The translations under genes and the position numbers were made by a program. The notes under the pieces are model-generated. The model saw only the letters and a program-made list of their open reading frames with translations. It had not been told where the DNA came from and did not search any database. A stretch of DNA of 63,587 nucleotides, counting the filler, from Sphacelaria rigidula (Eukaryota): assembly GCA_964200075.2 (NCBI GenBank). It is 6 parts of 6 records of this genome, joined end to end, with 100 filler letters (N's around TTAATTAATTAA, not from the genome) between each part and the next. Parts side by side here need not be neighbours in the genome. Positions count along the whole stretch, not along the records: positions 21,233 to 31,746 come from CAXNAA020006354.1; positions 31,847 to 42,360 come from CAXNAA020006355.1; 4 more parts are not named here. One strand, written 5' to 3'. Numbering within the stretch: the stretch's first letter is position 1; each line of letters begins with the position of its first letter. Positions 24,593-38,500 of this stretch are shown one piece after another.

Positions 24593-27500
24593 TGTGTCAC
24601 TTCACATTTTCCCTCACTTTTGCCGAATTTTCTCTCGCGGCAAGGCTTTTTTTCCCGCGCTTTTTTTTGCAGCGCACTGAGAAGGCTCAGCAGTGCATTT
24701 CCGTTCAGGTTTGGGTGTCATCTGATACCTGTGGCGCGTCTTCTGGCTCCCGAAAATCGCTCAAACTGACCCTTTTTTGCGGGGTGTCGATCCCGAACCA
24801 CAAAAAAACAAGCCTGTTGCAGGTCACGCAAATCTTCAAAAAGGACTACTTTTGGCGGGGTATCGTTTCCCCGTGTTTCTCTTCGTCGCGTTCCCCTTCA
24901 CTTGGGAGCACGAACACACCGGTTATGCCGCCAATGTCACGAGAATATGAGAGCAATGCAGTTGAAAACAATCGAACATTACCCTAGCCCTAGTCAGCAG
25001 CAAACACGAGACCGTGCAATGGGCCGTTGGCGAGTTGAAAAAGGCACAGCAGCACGGCAGCACAGGAATGTTTAGCCGCAAAAACAGCCACCCTGATTTC
25101 AAAAAAGGCCCGGTGATGTGGAAGCCACAGTAATGTACCAAGAAGATGCCAAGAATGTTCCACGCATTCCAATTTTTCGGGAGTGCCTCCCGCTGTCATG
25201 TCTTTGTGACACGAGAGCTACTTCACACTCTGGGACCTCGGACATACCATACGTACGCGGCCATTCGGCTCCTGTTTGAATATCTCCTGACGTGATTTTC
25301 ACCCTCTAAAGGGCAAAATGGCCCTCCGGAGGATGAAATACCCTCTGGTGGTTTATGATGCCTCTGGAGTGGACAGTAAACGAAGCCGCCAGAGGGCACA
25401 TAAGTCCCTTGAGCACATGATTTTACTGAGGGTGCCTCTGGAGAAATTTGGGGAAACAATACTCTCCAGGATGTAATTTTACCTTCGGGGTTCGCACTAC
25501 ATCAAACCTCTGGACGACACTTGTCTCCTAACTGCCTTCAGGGCACCTTTCGGACCCTAGCAATCTTCTCCAGTATAGACCATCACCCAAGATATATATC
25601 GCCCGCCGCTGTTCACAGATCGAACCATGCAAAACCCACAACACTTATTCCCAGCTAACACCACAACCCTGCAGCAAAGAGCACAAGTTGGGCACGGGGA
25701 TATGGATACACACACACTGCCGTGGTTGGGTATGATGTATTTCTTGTTGGTGGAAACGTATTGAGCATCTTCTTCCATGGCCTGTCGCGGAATCGCGCAG
25801 CGACGAACCACACGGGGTAGGGTGCGGGTAATAACCGGCTTATTGCATACACGCTCATGGACGATGCAGGCAGTACTAAGCTGCACGTTGTTCAAGTCCT
25901 TCTCACATCGCACTATAAGTAGAGTATAGTCCTACGCTGTCTGTACTGTACTTTTCTCGCTTCCCTTTCACGTCATACTACCTGTGCAGTTGTGCGCATG
26001 CTGCTGCACGAACGCGCGTGTATCCTGTAGTTGCTGACGGCATATAACACCCCCATATATCCAAAGTTACAGGCATTGACATTATTTGTATAGCCATACG
26101 TAGCGCATATGCCGCGCTAACTCTGCAGCATATGGCACCGCACGTATAAGCACGGTATGGTATATGGTACTATCCTGCGGACGGTATTGTACAGTTCAGT
26201 ACAGCACCACACCGTGCTTATTGTCGTGATCATTTCCCCACCATCAAAGTACAGAATTTTTAGCGTTTTTGATCGAAAAAATGCTTTGGTGTGTTCTTTC
26301 AGTAGACACTGGACTACGGGGTTTTCAGGACCCATATGAACAAGTTTGCGACGTATGTACCGACATTTGTTCAGTATCACCACTAGCTCAAGCTGTACCC
26401 GGTACAGCGCGGTCGTGTGGACGTACACTCGCAATTAGTGTATGGGATTTGTACACAGCGGAGGCTGTTGAAGAACTCTATATTTTTGCCCAATTGAAAT
26501 ATTAATTGGGGGGCAAGAGAGTGCATGTTCAACAATCTCTGCTGCATATCGAGTTCCATTCGCTGACTACGGTACAGTATGTGGGACTTGAAGAGCAGAG
26601 GCTGCTCGCAAATGAGTCCCTTTTTTTTCAACTTCAGAATGAATTGGCGGGCAAAACGAGGATCTCTTTCGAACAGCTTCTGCTCTATAAATCCCATCTG
26701 CCGGTGTATATGGGATTTGAACAGCCTCTGCTGTTCGAAATAATTAATTTATGCCCGATTCCAAATCAAGCATGAAGGATTTATTTTCAACAGCAGAGGC
26801 CGCTCAAATTCCGGATTTCCTTAGCACGAGCGCCTTCAAAACAATCCAGAGGATTTCGATGTTGACGCAGACCTTCGAGGGAGACCCAACATGAAAATCC
26901 TCTAGAAGACTGCACATACCCGAGATTCTCCAGTGGGGATTTCAAAACGGACGGAACTGAGGGTGATGTTTGGAATATCCCCTACAGCAATTTCGACGGT
27001 AGCCGAATAACCGCGTGTGCAAATGTCCTACGCCGGCGGTTCCGCCGTCGGCCTCCGTCCGATTTCCCATATTTTCGAACGACACCCGATAATACATGCG
27101 ATGTTTTATACAGCCACGATCACTACTGTACATTGAGATACAACAGCCTCTCTCAAACATATATACTTCGACTTGCGTCAACCCCGGGAGGCCCGTACCA
27201 ACCTCCCGAAGGGGAACCTTATATATATATATACAAAGCCGTACGGGACCCGGGGCTGCGCCCCGGTCCCGTCCGTCTTTTTTGAGGGTATCGGTATTCT
27301 TGCCTTGCCAATAAGCCCTCGTCAGAATGGATCCTCTCTCGAGATGTTCATGCCCGCCGGGAACATTGCAGGACCACCGCGATCGCGCGTCCGTTACAAC
27401 GGTCGCGAACGCATGTGTACCCCCGCACAAAGTAAACTACGAATCCGCTAACCGGACACCTGGCATTGGCATTGGCCCGAAGAGTCATCTCGCGGGGCGG

Positions 27501-30487
27501 GTGCGGAGTAGCTTGCACACTAAAATCAGCATTACATCTCGTGGACGCCTCGTTACAAAGTATGCATGACGCTCGTGAGTTCAAAATATTCTATATAAAT
27601 ACTATATATACAAGTCGCACGGGACCCGGGGCTGCGCCCCGGTCCCATCCGTCTTTTTCGAGGGTCTCGGTATTCCTGCCTTGCCAAGCCCTCATGAGAA
27701 CATATCCTCTCTCGAAATGTTTATACCCGCCGGAAACATTGCAGGACCACCGCGATCACGCGTATATTCGAACGGTCGCGAACGCATGTGTATCCCCGCA
27801 CAAAGTGTAGCACAAACCCGCGTACCGGGCCCCTAACATTGGCATTGGCCCGAATAGTCATCTCCCGGGGCGGGTGCGGAGGAACTTGCACACTAAAATT
27901 GGCAACAAATCTTGTGGACGCTCGTGAGTCCGAATTATTTTATATATAAATACTGTATGTATGACGGAAGGAAAACAAATGAAAGAGGAAGAACAATGGC
28001 GCGTCTCACGTGTGCCATTGGTGTGGTCGAGGAAGGTCAGGTTGTGCATCACGCTGTAGTACTGCGTTTCGTTCCCATAACCGAAGTCGTAGAAGTAGTT
28101 GCCGTCCACCTCCACTTCGAAGCTCTGTCACCACGAAGGCACATACATCACCAAATCCGCCGGGGAGATCATAGCAGCATGGGGGGTGCGCGCGCGGGGG
28201 GGGTACTCAGTATATGCTTGCCCAAGTCATTTAACTATTGATCACGCATCCCTTTCGAGACAGGGCACCGTTCCTGCTCCCCATGATAGAGACATCTCCA
28301 ACATTAGGGCTCTCATTACGTCCCCCCCCCCCTCCCCCCCCCATGATTTACATGGGAAACTTTTACAGATCTATCCTAACCCCTTCTTGTTTTGCCGTTT
28401 GTGGCCACCATTTATCTCTTACTGTAGCGATTATTTTCTCGCAACTATCTTATCTACCAAACGATTTCATGTCCCATTCGCTTACTCACCACATTTCCCG
28501 CTCTAACACGGCGGGGGGGGGGGGGGGGGGCGAGTGGGAACAATGAAGGTGTAATTCGCGGCCACACCATCATGTATTGTAGCTCTTCTTTTTTCCCTTT
28601 TTGCCTCCTCTTTTCCTTTTGAGTTTTTCACTTCAGCTTACGCTTTTTTTCAATCTTCAACCACGGCCTAGAAACCAATTTCCACCCGACTGACTGCGTA
28701 TCCCTCTAGCCGCTGTCTTCGCAGTCGAGGCCAAACAAACCCCTTTAGAATTCATCGCACATGGCAAGAAAGGAGTACGATACTGTAGCCTTTGGTTGCT
28801 GTCGTCCTGGCCATCTAGATTAAAAAAAAAACAGAACATTTCTTCCGCCAACAGCCAATCATCGAAATTGAGGATGGAGCTCCTTCATTGAGGATGAAAA
28901 CCCGGAGGATTAAATTTTTTTGTATTCACATCATATCTTCGAAAAATGGTCCCATTCCTTCACCTACTGGTCGCTATTAACAAGTGCTACACGTCATGCA
29001 GATTTGGATTTCGATAACCGAAATGTTAGGGTCCTAGGTGAAAAAACAATTTCGGGGAATTTCGGCGATCCGATCAGGTTACGTAAACCCAAAGGTCGTT
29101 TCTTCATCTAGGACCCCAAAAATTCGGTTATCGAAATCGAAAATTGTAGGGAGAGTAGCAGTCGTCAAAATCCACCAGTAGGTGAAGGAATGGAACCATA
29201 TTTCGAAGATTGGGTGTGGATACGAATATTTGAATTTTCCGGGTTCTCATCCTCAATGAAAAGCTCCGTCCTCAATTTCGATGATAGGCTGTTATTCGCC
29301 AACTCCTACTGACGGTACAACGATCCTATCCAAACTCATGAAAGCGTCGTTTTTCACCATGACATTACAGTTGGATATACAGAATATAATCAACGATGTC
29401 TTTCTGTACAAGATAATACAATACAACACAACACAGAGCATCGATCGACCAATCAATCAATGGAACCACCCGCGACAGATCCAAAAGTACCACGGTGCGG
29501 ACGAATCATCGCCGGATCGAATCACCACATCCACGATTTTTCAGGCCTGATTCCTTCAAAGAGACAAAAAGGTCGACCGATGGTCAAAAAGGTTGCCACG
29601 CAATTTTTGCGCCATTACACGAACCTGGGTTGTGCGAGTACCTAGATTTCAACCCTGAAAACGAAGCCCAAGGATTGATTTATACGGTACGTATCAATCA
29701 CACCAAAATCAAGTAATTCCCACAGGAATCATTCATTCGTCCGGCCCGTGAGAAGTACCAAGTCAAGTATCGTACAACATGAACGAAAAAGCGCCAAAAC
29801 AATGAGGTTACCAGGTTCGAGGCTTACCCTGTGCGTCCAGTAGCTCTCCTCTCCATTGAGATATCCCAGGAACGTGTCGAAGCCTCGCGCATGCGGCAGG
29901 GAATCGTCGCTGTAGCTGCCCAGGTGCCACTTTCCCACGATATGGCTCTCGTAGCCAGCTTCGTTCATGTACTCCGGCAAGATCTTGAAAAAAACGACAT
30001 GTTTTGCACCGTGGTAACAGGGAAGCCGACAACACGTCGTTTTATCATCATCATCATCACAGTCATCATACTCATAATAATCATCATCACAGTCATCATA
30101 CTCATAATAATCATCATCACCATCATCATCTCACCTTTTCGTCGAGAGGCAGCCCCCACGGTGCCGCGGGCGCAATGACAAACGTCTGCATCCCGTATCG
30201 CACCGGGTATCTCCCCGTCATGAGCGCACCACGGGCGGGGGTGCAGATGGGCTGGCTGTGATACTGGTTCAGCTTAATTCCGTTTGCCGCCAGCCTATCC
30301 AGATTCGGAGTGAGTTGCGAGAGGTCCGTCGACTGGTAGCCGATGTCGTTCCACCCCATGTCATCGATCATGAAGAAGAACACGTTTGGCTTGGTCTTTT
30401 CCTCACCGCCGCCCCTGCCGCTGCGGCGGCCACTCTTGCCTTGTTTGTTCCCTAATCGCCAGTCGTCAACGCCTCGTTCTTCTCCGC
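21940..30487 (-). CDS. Formylglycine-dependent (S1) sulfatase, arylsulfatase B-like; 5' half, spliced. Exons: 30135-30487, 29828-29983, 28010-28124, 24121-24434, 23038-23131, 21940-22016
   Basis: [28 protein letters not shown] (CxPxR signature), [43 protein letters not shown]. All five junctions are GT-AG with matching phases (0,0,1,0,1). The start exon and the C-terminal exons were not found. Confidence 0.92.
22439..23000. mobile_element. Cluster of elements with poly-G/poly-C termini and GTACTCA...ACCATTGACC imperfect TIRs
   Basis: A self-contained copy at 22439-22670, an inverted copy at 22671-22942 homologous to 28195-28480, and a further end at 22945-23000. Other termini at 1-65, 19820-19912, 20950-21075, 33722-33800, 37040-37165 and 37765-37845. 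Confidence 0.7.
23038..23131 (-). CDS. Sulfatase exon ([12 protein letters not shown])
   Basis: cttcctcag| and |GTAAGG; conserved His motif of ARSB-like enzymes. Confidence 0.9.
23257..23570 (+). mobile_element. tRNA-derived SINE, family B
   Basis: A box tggtgtaatgg and B box ggttcgattcc. The body is shared with 38246-38540, 31847-31975 (minus) and 56694-57010 (diverged). Confidence 0.8.
24121..24434 (-). CDS. Sulfatase exon (acidic low-complexity insertion followed by [12 protein letters not shown])
   Basis: cgtacag| acceptor and |GTAAGA donor; phases 1 and 0 fit the flanking exons. Confidence 0.8.
24560..27221 (+). mobile_element. Putative long non-autonomous Helitron-like element in a sulfatase intron, with nested repeats
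   Basis: The 5' part matches 47935-48390 and 49428-49520. The 3' part (gggaggcccgtaccaacctccc hairpin) matches 49550-49607, where both parts are fused. Confidence 0.45.
27232..27950 (-). mobile_element. Two tandem Helitron-like units of about 370 bp
   Basis: Direct repeats. On the minus strand each ends in the GC hairpin gggaccggggcgcagccccgggtccc followed by (C/T)TTG|T, and begins with a TATATA-rich head. Confidence 0.6.
28010..28124 (-). CDS. Sulfatase exon
   Basis: [38 protein letters not shown]; phase-compatible with its neighbours. Confidence 0.85.
28850..29293. mobile_element. Foldback MITE / long inverted repeat
   Basis: Arms of about 200 bp: aacagccaatcatcgaaattgagga...ccttcacctactgg...gggtcctag versus ctaggaccc...ccagtaggtgaagg...tcctcaatttcgatgataggctgtt. 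Confidence 0.85.
29491..29750 (+). mobile_element. hAT-type MITE
   Basis: TIRs cacggtgcggacgaat / attcgtccggcccgtg, with an 8-bp TSD aaaagtac / agaagtac. Confidence 0.8.
29828..29983 (-). CDS. Sulfatase exon (GKWHLG motif)
   Basis: [22 protein letters not shown]...YWTHR, with tttcaag| and |GTAAGC. Confidence 0.93.
30135..30487 (-). CDS. Sulfatase exon with the DD metal ligands and the CTPAR active-site motif
   Basis: Branch point ctaac plus atttttag| acceptor; aag|GTGAGA donor. Confidence 0.93.
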
Positions 30488-31657
30488 CTAAAAATGTTCG
30501 TTCAGGTTAGATTCGACTGTCACATCTCATTCTACATAGTCCAGCAAAGCCATGTGCGGCAGCACAGGAATATAATGTACAGTTTTGCTGATCGCTCCAA
30601 TGAAAGCTGATACAACAGTACGTCAAGTATACGGTACTGTGCTGTCTCATTCAGGTCCGGCAGAAGTTCACCACTTTTGGCCGAGAGTCAATTTCCTCGG
30701 ATTTTGTTACTTGATTCGAGTGTAAACACCGATATTCGGATCTTTAGTGGGGCTGACAGCCCCAAGTGCACCTAGCGCGTGCAGAACACCTTTTTCGCTA
30801 AAATCGGCGCAGGCGCCGATTTGACGTCGAACAACTCCACATTTTGCCTGGATAATACTTTGCAACCATCTCGCCCGAGGGGTTCTCGGTATGCCTTGGG
30901 TTGGGGTTAGGATTAGGGTTACGAAGCGTTAGTTCGAAATAACATATTTCTAGAGCTCGGAAATGGTACCAGTTATAATCGGCCATTATCATTTTAATGG
31001 TAGTAATGGTGATGGTTACATGAAAATTTGGGATAATGGTTTCAAACCATTGTCTACCGTTACCGGCTACCTTTGCTACATACAGCCCTTGAAAATTGGC
31101 CCAATTTTGACGTATTTTTTAGCTCTAGTGAAACCAAATCGCGTAAAAACGTGCCTCCGGCACGGCGTCTCCAGCAAGGCCCCCTCTTCCGGGGGGAGGG
31201 CTTTTTGGCTCGCGGCTGCGCCGCTCGATGACCAAACCATTGTGTACCATCGACCTGGCCAATGCGTGCACTCACTACGCGTAACCAATCAACTGGTTAA
31301 TGGCTAGACAAACCACTTCCGATCTCTATACTTCCGATAAATGTCTTCAAAGAGTAAATCGACCGAGCGGTCAATACACCTTCTTCCTATCCACGACACA
31401 TTTCAGAGTCTACTTCAAAGGTAACACGCCGTGAGTAGCATGACACATATCACGCGGGGAAATGGGCGTGGGTACATGCGGACAGCTGGTGGATGACACC
31501 AAACACACCACCACAAAAACTTAACGGACAGGAAGTCAACGGACAAGATTCCCTCCCTTCAAACTCTTGCGCTCCTACGTCGGGTCTGTGATGTTGATGC
31601 GGAGTTTGAGTTATATCGTTGGGTATCAGTTTCGGTTCACGAGTGTCTACAACATAG

Positions 31658-31690
<33 letters not shown>

Positions 31691-31846
31691 ACCCCCCCGC
31701 CACCAACAACACCCCAAAAACACCCAAAAAAGCACGCCCACCCCCCNNNNNNNNNNNNNNNNNNNNNNNNNNNNNNNNNNNNNNNNNNNNTTAATTAATT
31801 AANNNNNNNNNNNNNNNNNNNNNNNNNNNNNNNNNNNNNNNNNNNN

Positions 31847-31975
31847 TCACGTTCTCACGCTTTCCACGGTGGAAATCAAATACTACGGAAAAAAAGCCCA
31901 ACGCATTGGGAATCGAACACTTGTTCTCTCCACCCTAATGGCGACAGTCGGACCATTACACCACCGGGGCGCGGC
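31847..31975 (-). mobile_element. SINE family B head, cut by the contig end
   Basis: Reverse complement of gcgccccggtggtgtaatggtccg...gttcgattccc. Confidence 0.75.
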
Positions 31976-32528
31976 GGCTTAATTGTTTTCGATATCGAGG
32001 GATTCTACCCATGCACAATCCTCATCATAATATCCCCCTCTCTTCGAAAATCTTGTTAAAAAGACCGTACACGCTACAGAAAATAAGCACAACATTGACG
32101 CAGTCGTCGTACCCAAGGTAAAAAAAAAAAAACAGAAACACTCGCTTACTCGCTTATTAAAAAAAAAGTGGGGGAAAAAACATGACAAAACGAAACAGAA
32201 CGATAGATAGATAGACGCAGGGAGGCAGCAAATTTGGACGTGACCCGAATGCTGTTCTCGGTATCAACACAACAACAAGTGATACCCATCCTTCACACAC
32301 ACACAACGCTTGACAATGCTCTCCCCTCACACGTAAGCCCATGACGAGTCTCCGAGACAAGACAAGTGTATATGTACAACACCTACGAACTCCCGTGTTT
32401 CGTGCAATCAACCCCCTCCCCCTCCCCCTCCCCTCCGGTACCATCACTCGATGGCTGCACATGAAACACGAACACACACACACATACAAACACACGCGCG
32501 CGCGCATTCACACCCATCGCATCTATAC

Positions 32529-35500
32529 CTATCGCGAATGTCTCCTTGCGGGTGGCTCACCTTCTCCGAGTCAAGGACGTAGAATTGTCGTGGTTTTCCC
32601 GCAGTCGCCAACAGGCACTTGTCGAAGAATACTTCAGTGCCATCATCCAGTACCAGGGACCGCCTCTCCGGGTCTAGGCGTAGCCTGCATGTGGAGCATA
32701 TCCATATCCATGTAAAAAGGTGATTCCTCAGCGGACACTTGTGATAATTTTCCCCTTTATATGTAGTGGTACCCATATCGATGTCCATATTCATATATAG
32801 GGAGAACAAACCAGGGCAGACTACAACGATGACATAACTTCAGGGTCAAGCAATATGGGGGCCCTTGACATTTTAGTTTTACTACAAATAGAGCTAACGA
32901 CTGTTCTGAGGGGAGAGCGAAAAAAAAACGTTGTCGGTTACTTAGCAATTTCGTGCCACCACCTAGAGGTGTTGACGCTCTGCGGTATACATGCTCTCCA
33001 TGTGTACTTGGGATGATGTCATTGTTCATTCTCCATCATTTTCTTGCACAGTGTTAACACGATACTGAACAGTAGGCAAGTGGGTGACACTACTGTAGTG
33101 GCATAGTGCTCGTCACTCCTCCTGCGTTTCTCAACCACCGGTACACTACGAGTAAGTACGTTGTGTTTCATATTCCAAATTGACCGGTATATTGCGTTGC
33201 GTTATATCCTCCCAACCTTTGTGTGCGGCCCGCTTGACTCTCGACGCTTTTATCGTGGAACAAAAGCACGTTTCGGAGGTTCGATAAGAACGCACAGACT
33301 GCTCCGAGACGATCATCGCAGCACAGTACTCTTGGATGGACACTTTCTACGTGGCCCCCCCCTCAAAACCAGTCCAAAAGTGTCACGGAAAAAATGGACA
33401 TACAGCGCCTGATGTTTGGGTTCAGGCTGTGCATGAAGTGCCTCATATGGGCGACATTGGCGAAAACGAACCCAAGTGTGGGAATTCCCAGCTGCTCGTT
33501 GTGCTCCGCTTTTTCCATTCCGATTTACTTGTGGATTTTGCCTCCCCAAACCAGACACTTTTGGGGGGGGGAGGGGAGGGGCTATCGTAGAAAGTGTGGA
33601 TACGGACATACGGAGGATGACCACGAGTAATCTTTACAAGTATTCACCGAGTGACGAAGCACCTTTTTTTTTCTCCCGCCACGCTATTGTCGTTAGATGC
33701 GTGAGAGTCAAAAAAACGGAGAGGGGGGGAGGGGGCGTACTCATTTGTTGCTTGCCTTAGTCATTTGACCATCGACCACACATCTCCTTCGAGACGGAGC
33801 AGTGTTCCTACTCCCAACGGAAACGTCTCCAACGTTTCGGCGCTCGTTACGTTTGTTTCATACATTACAATGTTTGATTTGATTGATTTGATTGATTTGA
33901 TTGATTTGATTGATTTGATTGATTTGATTGATTATCTCACAGTAGCTGATTGCAACAATCCAGCCCGTGATCAGGAACAGCAAAAAAAAAGGAAGAAGGT
34001 AAGAAATAGACAAAAAAAGACAGAAGCAGCAGCCACATGAGATCATTTTACTTGTCTAATCTCCTCATATATCTCCTAGTAGAGCGATATCCTTCTTGCT
34101 ACTATCTATCATAGTGTACTAACCTGGGGGAGGGGAGGGACTGATTGAATGATCGTTTGAAATTACGTTCACTGCTTCGCTATGAACCGAGGTGTGATCA
34201 CAAGATATACGTAGTCAAGGTAAATAAGCACAAACGCTTGCTACACAAAACGCAAGAAAATTTGCAAAATGAAGGAGAAAAATGGAGGGGGGGAGGGGGG
34301 GGGGGGCAGAGAGGAAGAGAATAACCACCAACTACAGAGGAGGCGAATGACCACAGGTGTCTGCCGAGGACAAAACATATTTGTTTTTTCACGTCCATAA
34401 GCAGGTTAGTGATCTCACGCAGCTATTCAAATGTTTGCAAAGCATAGCGTTGACTCCCTGATACGAGTAACATAAAAAAAACGTTTTTATACACAAAGGA
34501 ACGTCTTGAGAAAAAGATAAGCTTGTTGGGAGTTAATAAAAACGACGATCAAAACATCACACTTGTACATACTATACGAAAAAAAAACCCCAGCAATCCT
34601 CGGTATTTGAGGGAGAAATGATCCCCGAGTTGAAAATGAAATAAAAAAGGAACAAAAAAAACACACGAGGGAAGTGTTTTCCCTTCGACTATACACTTTT
34701 ATTTTTTATGAGAGAGGACGGATTACACCTCTCTTTCCCCCCCTCACTCACCGTTTCCTGCCCAGGAGCAACGTCATGGGCACCGAGCTGAAAGCCTTTG
34801 GCTCATTCTCTAGTCTGGCGGACACATGACGACGCCACTCATTGTACGCTCCTAGCAGATCCTTAGGGAGAGGCCTTTCCAATGCAGTGTGGCGGGGCGC
34901 GGTGGGGAAGTGGGCGGCGGTACGAGTGGGGGAGAGGGGGAGCTGACCACATGGGAAAAGCATGGATACGCGAAGGGTGATTCAGGCACCCTGTGAAAAT
35001 GATGTTGAAAATTGTTTTATCTATCCAAGGGGGGACGCACATCTCAGTTCCTGCACCCTCCACTGCTGTAAAAGGGTTTCAGGTACGAGACGAGAGTAAT
35101 AAAACCAACAAGGGTTCGAATCCCCCATTTTAAAGAAACAAATCTGTTGTTTGTCACGTCACCCACACCTCTGAAATTTCTCGACACATGTTGAGCATAC
35201 ACCGAAATGATTGCACCTTGTTTTCATCCTGTATCTACTCGTCTGCAGCTCAAGTACGTCGTGTACTCTCCTAACAGGTAACAATAGTGAGACTATTTGT
35301 TCCCGGAATTCCCCGAATTCTTTGCTTTCATTTTCATTTTTTTCCGAAAATTGTGACCGCAGGTTTCTCAACTAGGTTTTAGTTTTTGAGGGGACGAATC
35401 CCGAATCTACAGAAACCCGAATCTGTGCAACTCGGGATGCCTCGTATTTGCGAAAGTCAGATTCGCAGGGGCCCCATTACGGTTTTCGCAGATTTTGTTG

Positions 35501-38500
35501 AAATAGTTCTGTACACGCAGGGTTTTTGTCTGCAGGGATGCGGTATCGCTTACAAGTGAAGCTGAAGAATAGGCAGGGAGCGAGTCATCCTTCAAGTTCA
35601 GTGTCGTACCGTGGTACCCTAGGGTAGGGTAATACAGTACAGTACACTTCCATCATCACAGTACATGATAATGCCGCGCGGTAACACATGATGGTGCAGT
35701 CAGTACCGCCAGAGAAACGAGCTAGAAGAGTACAGTATGAGGTCAGTGCCCTGCATTACCCAGCAAGTACGACAACAAACAGTAGGATGGTGCAGCACCG
35801 TTCGTACGGTAATACATACGATAGTGCAGTGCAGTATATATTACGATCGCCGCAGGGTACGGCGTCAACACTTCTCTTCCGCTTGTCAAACCCCGTGCGC
35901 GCTACCTCTCTGCCAAAAGAAGCTGCTGAAGCAACTGGCGCGAGAAGGCGCAGGTTGTGCTGTCACGAGACCGTCTGCTGCTGCCGTTTCAACAAGATCA
36001 AACGCCTCTTGCCCTATCATCCCTGTACATACGTCACCTTCCTACAGCTTAACCCTTGTGAAACCCATTGTAGATTTTGGTTTTTGTGAATCGGCATCAT
36101 TTTGACTTGAAAATGACTGAAGTTGATGGCGATTCACAAAAATAAAAATCATCAATGGGTTCCAAAAGGGTTAAGGGGACCTGAAGTTTCCCCCGATCTG
36201 TTGCGCAGATTGGGGAAATTGGTGTGAAAATCGAAAAATCTCCGCTGAGTTTCCCCGATCTGGGTCGGAGTGGGGCTCATTAAAGGCAAATTCCAAATCT
36301 GAGCTACCCCGAACTTCGGAGAGATCGAGATTTGTGTCGCCATAGAAATTAGTCTTGGGCAATAGATCAAGTTAAGACTGAGTACGTACAAGCAAATTTC
36401 TCCGAGTCCAAAGCATCGGGTTTTATTTGTATTTGGGAGACGTCGCACAAAATTCAAATTTCCAGAAAAAAGTAGGGAAAATCTGAAGAAAAAAAAAAAA
36501 GGCTGTCAACCCCTTGACTGCGAGCGGTGGTTCATTTGTGAATTGGCATAATTTTCACATTATTTTTTTTTTTAATTATGTCGATTCACAAATGAACCAC
36601 CTATTGCAGTCTAGGGGATTAACAAAACCCCATCAGCAATGTCGAAAGGTGTACTTTTTGCATCGAAGATACTTCGCGACTCGGATACGCCATATCATTG
36701 TTCACCCCCCCCTGTTTTTTGGTCTTCAAGATACATTTCACGGTTTCAGGGTCTCTGCAAGCAGCTGCACTAGTTGCAGGAGTGATCCAACGAACAAAAA
36801 TAACGCATCAGTTGAACTGATATATTCCCCCCACCCCCACCCCCCTCCGGTGAGACACCCATGAGGCAATGTGTAACCCGTGGCTGTCTGTGGAAGTGGC
36901 GATGCCAGAAAATGGAGAAACTCATTGGAAGCTGTCATCCAAATGCAAGATAATCAGTACGCTTCGGCCCAACAATCTTAGCAGGATGCAGCTCACTGTT
37001 CATGCACCTCGCCGAACACACCACGGCGCTTCGCGCTTTGGTGATTGAGTGCGAGTCTGGTCCGGCAAAAACCCGACGTGCTCCGTCCCAGCTTTGTAGG
37101 GATGCGAGGTCAATGGTCTCGTCACTATGGCATGCAACATCATGAGTACATCCCCCCTCCCCCTCCAATTTTGGGCTCAACCGTTTGAACATCAGGGCGT
37201 GTCATCTGTAGAACCAACACCGTGTTCACTTGAGAATGACGAATGCCATATGACCCACCCTAGCGGTCGGGAAAGCTGTTGAAAGAAAAAATTGGAATGT
37301 GAAGATTGTGTCCTGTACGGTAGGAGTTTTCGCATACCCAGGGTATTAACCCGGTTATTACCGGTACCCGACCATTCTGTGAGATATGTTCGAAACATTT
37401 TTCCCATAACCCATGTACGGGTATACCCTTGCAGAAGTACCCGGTTGCGGGTAAGGATTTCTGTATAACCTCCACACCGTACCCGACGGGTTTTGCAAGT
37501 TCTGTAAGAAATCCATACCGGTACCCGACAGTTTATGTGAGTTCTGCAGGAGGGTCCTCACGCCCCCACCAAGCATCCCCGTGCACTTTGGAACATAGCC
37601 TTGCAAGTCTTTACTCATGTGCCACCCACTCGATTAACCTAAATGTATGTTTCGGTCAGCACAGACTGAATGAATGATCCCTGTTTGTTACGCAACAATC
37701 GAACACACCGTGCGGCTGACGCTGACGAAAGAATACAAACAATCCACGCTGAACAAAAACAAGGAGGGGGGCGGGGGGGGGTACTCATTTGTTGCTTGCC
37801 TTAGTCGTTTGACCATTGACCAGGAATCCCTTTCGAGACGGAGCACCAAGGAGGGGAAGCATTTTTATGGCTTGTCACAGTCGGGAGCGCTATTGGCTGC
37901 AAGCCAGCCAGCCAGCCAGCCAGACAAACCAACAACACGCATGCGATCAGAGTGTCTTCCATTCTGCAAAAAAAAAAGACGAGTTGTGGCGACGTAGCCG
38001 CTCTCTTTCTTCCCCAGATACCATCCGAGCCAAAACGAATGTGCGCGTGATGATCCAACTAAACAAGACACGCTCAGGGTGTGCAGTCCATTTATTGTGT
38101 GCAAAACGCGTGTAAAACAGTTCATATCTTTTCCGGTCCTACCTCAATCGTTCCCCGTTCTCAACGTGCAATATGCCCGAACGAGGCGCTAGTCAACTCA
38201 CGGTGTACACCTCTACAAGGTCAAAACACGTATGTACGTATATATGCGCCCCGGTGGTGTAGTGGTCCGATTGTCGCCATTAGGGTGGAGAGAATGAGGA
38301 TTCGATTCCTCATGCGTTGGGTTCTTTCTTCGTACTATCTGATTTCCACTGTGGAAAGCGTGAGAACGTGAGTGAAGAAAGTAGTCAACTAAGTTTGTTT
38401 GACGTGATTTGACGCGGTGAGGGAGTGCTGACCCAATCCGCGGACCCAAAATGCAAGGCGTATACCGGGGAGATATGGGTTGATCCCTTGAGACCACGGA

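Noticed and set aside
30040..30131. Poly-His/Ile/Met ORFs
   Set aside because: An (ATC)-rich tandem repeat inside a sulfatase intron.
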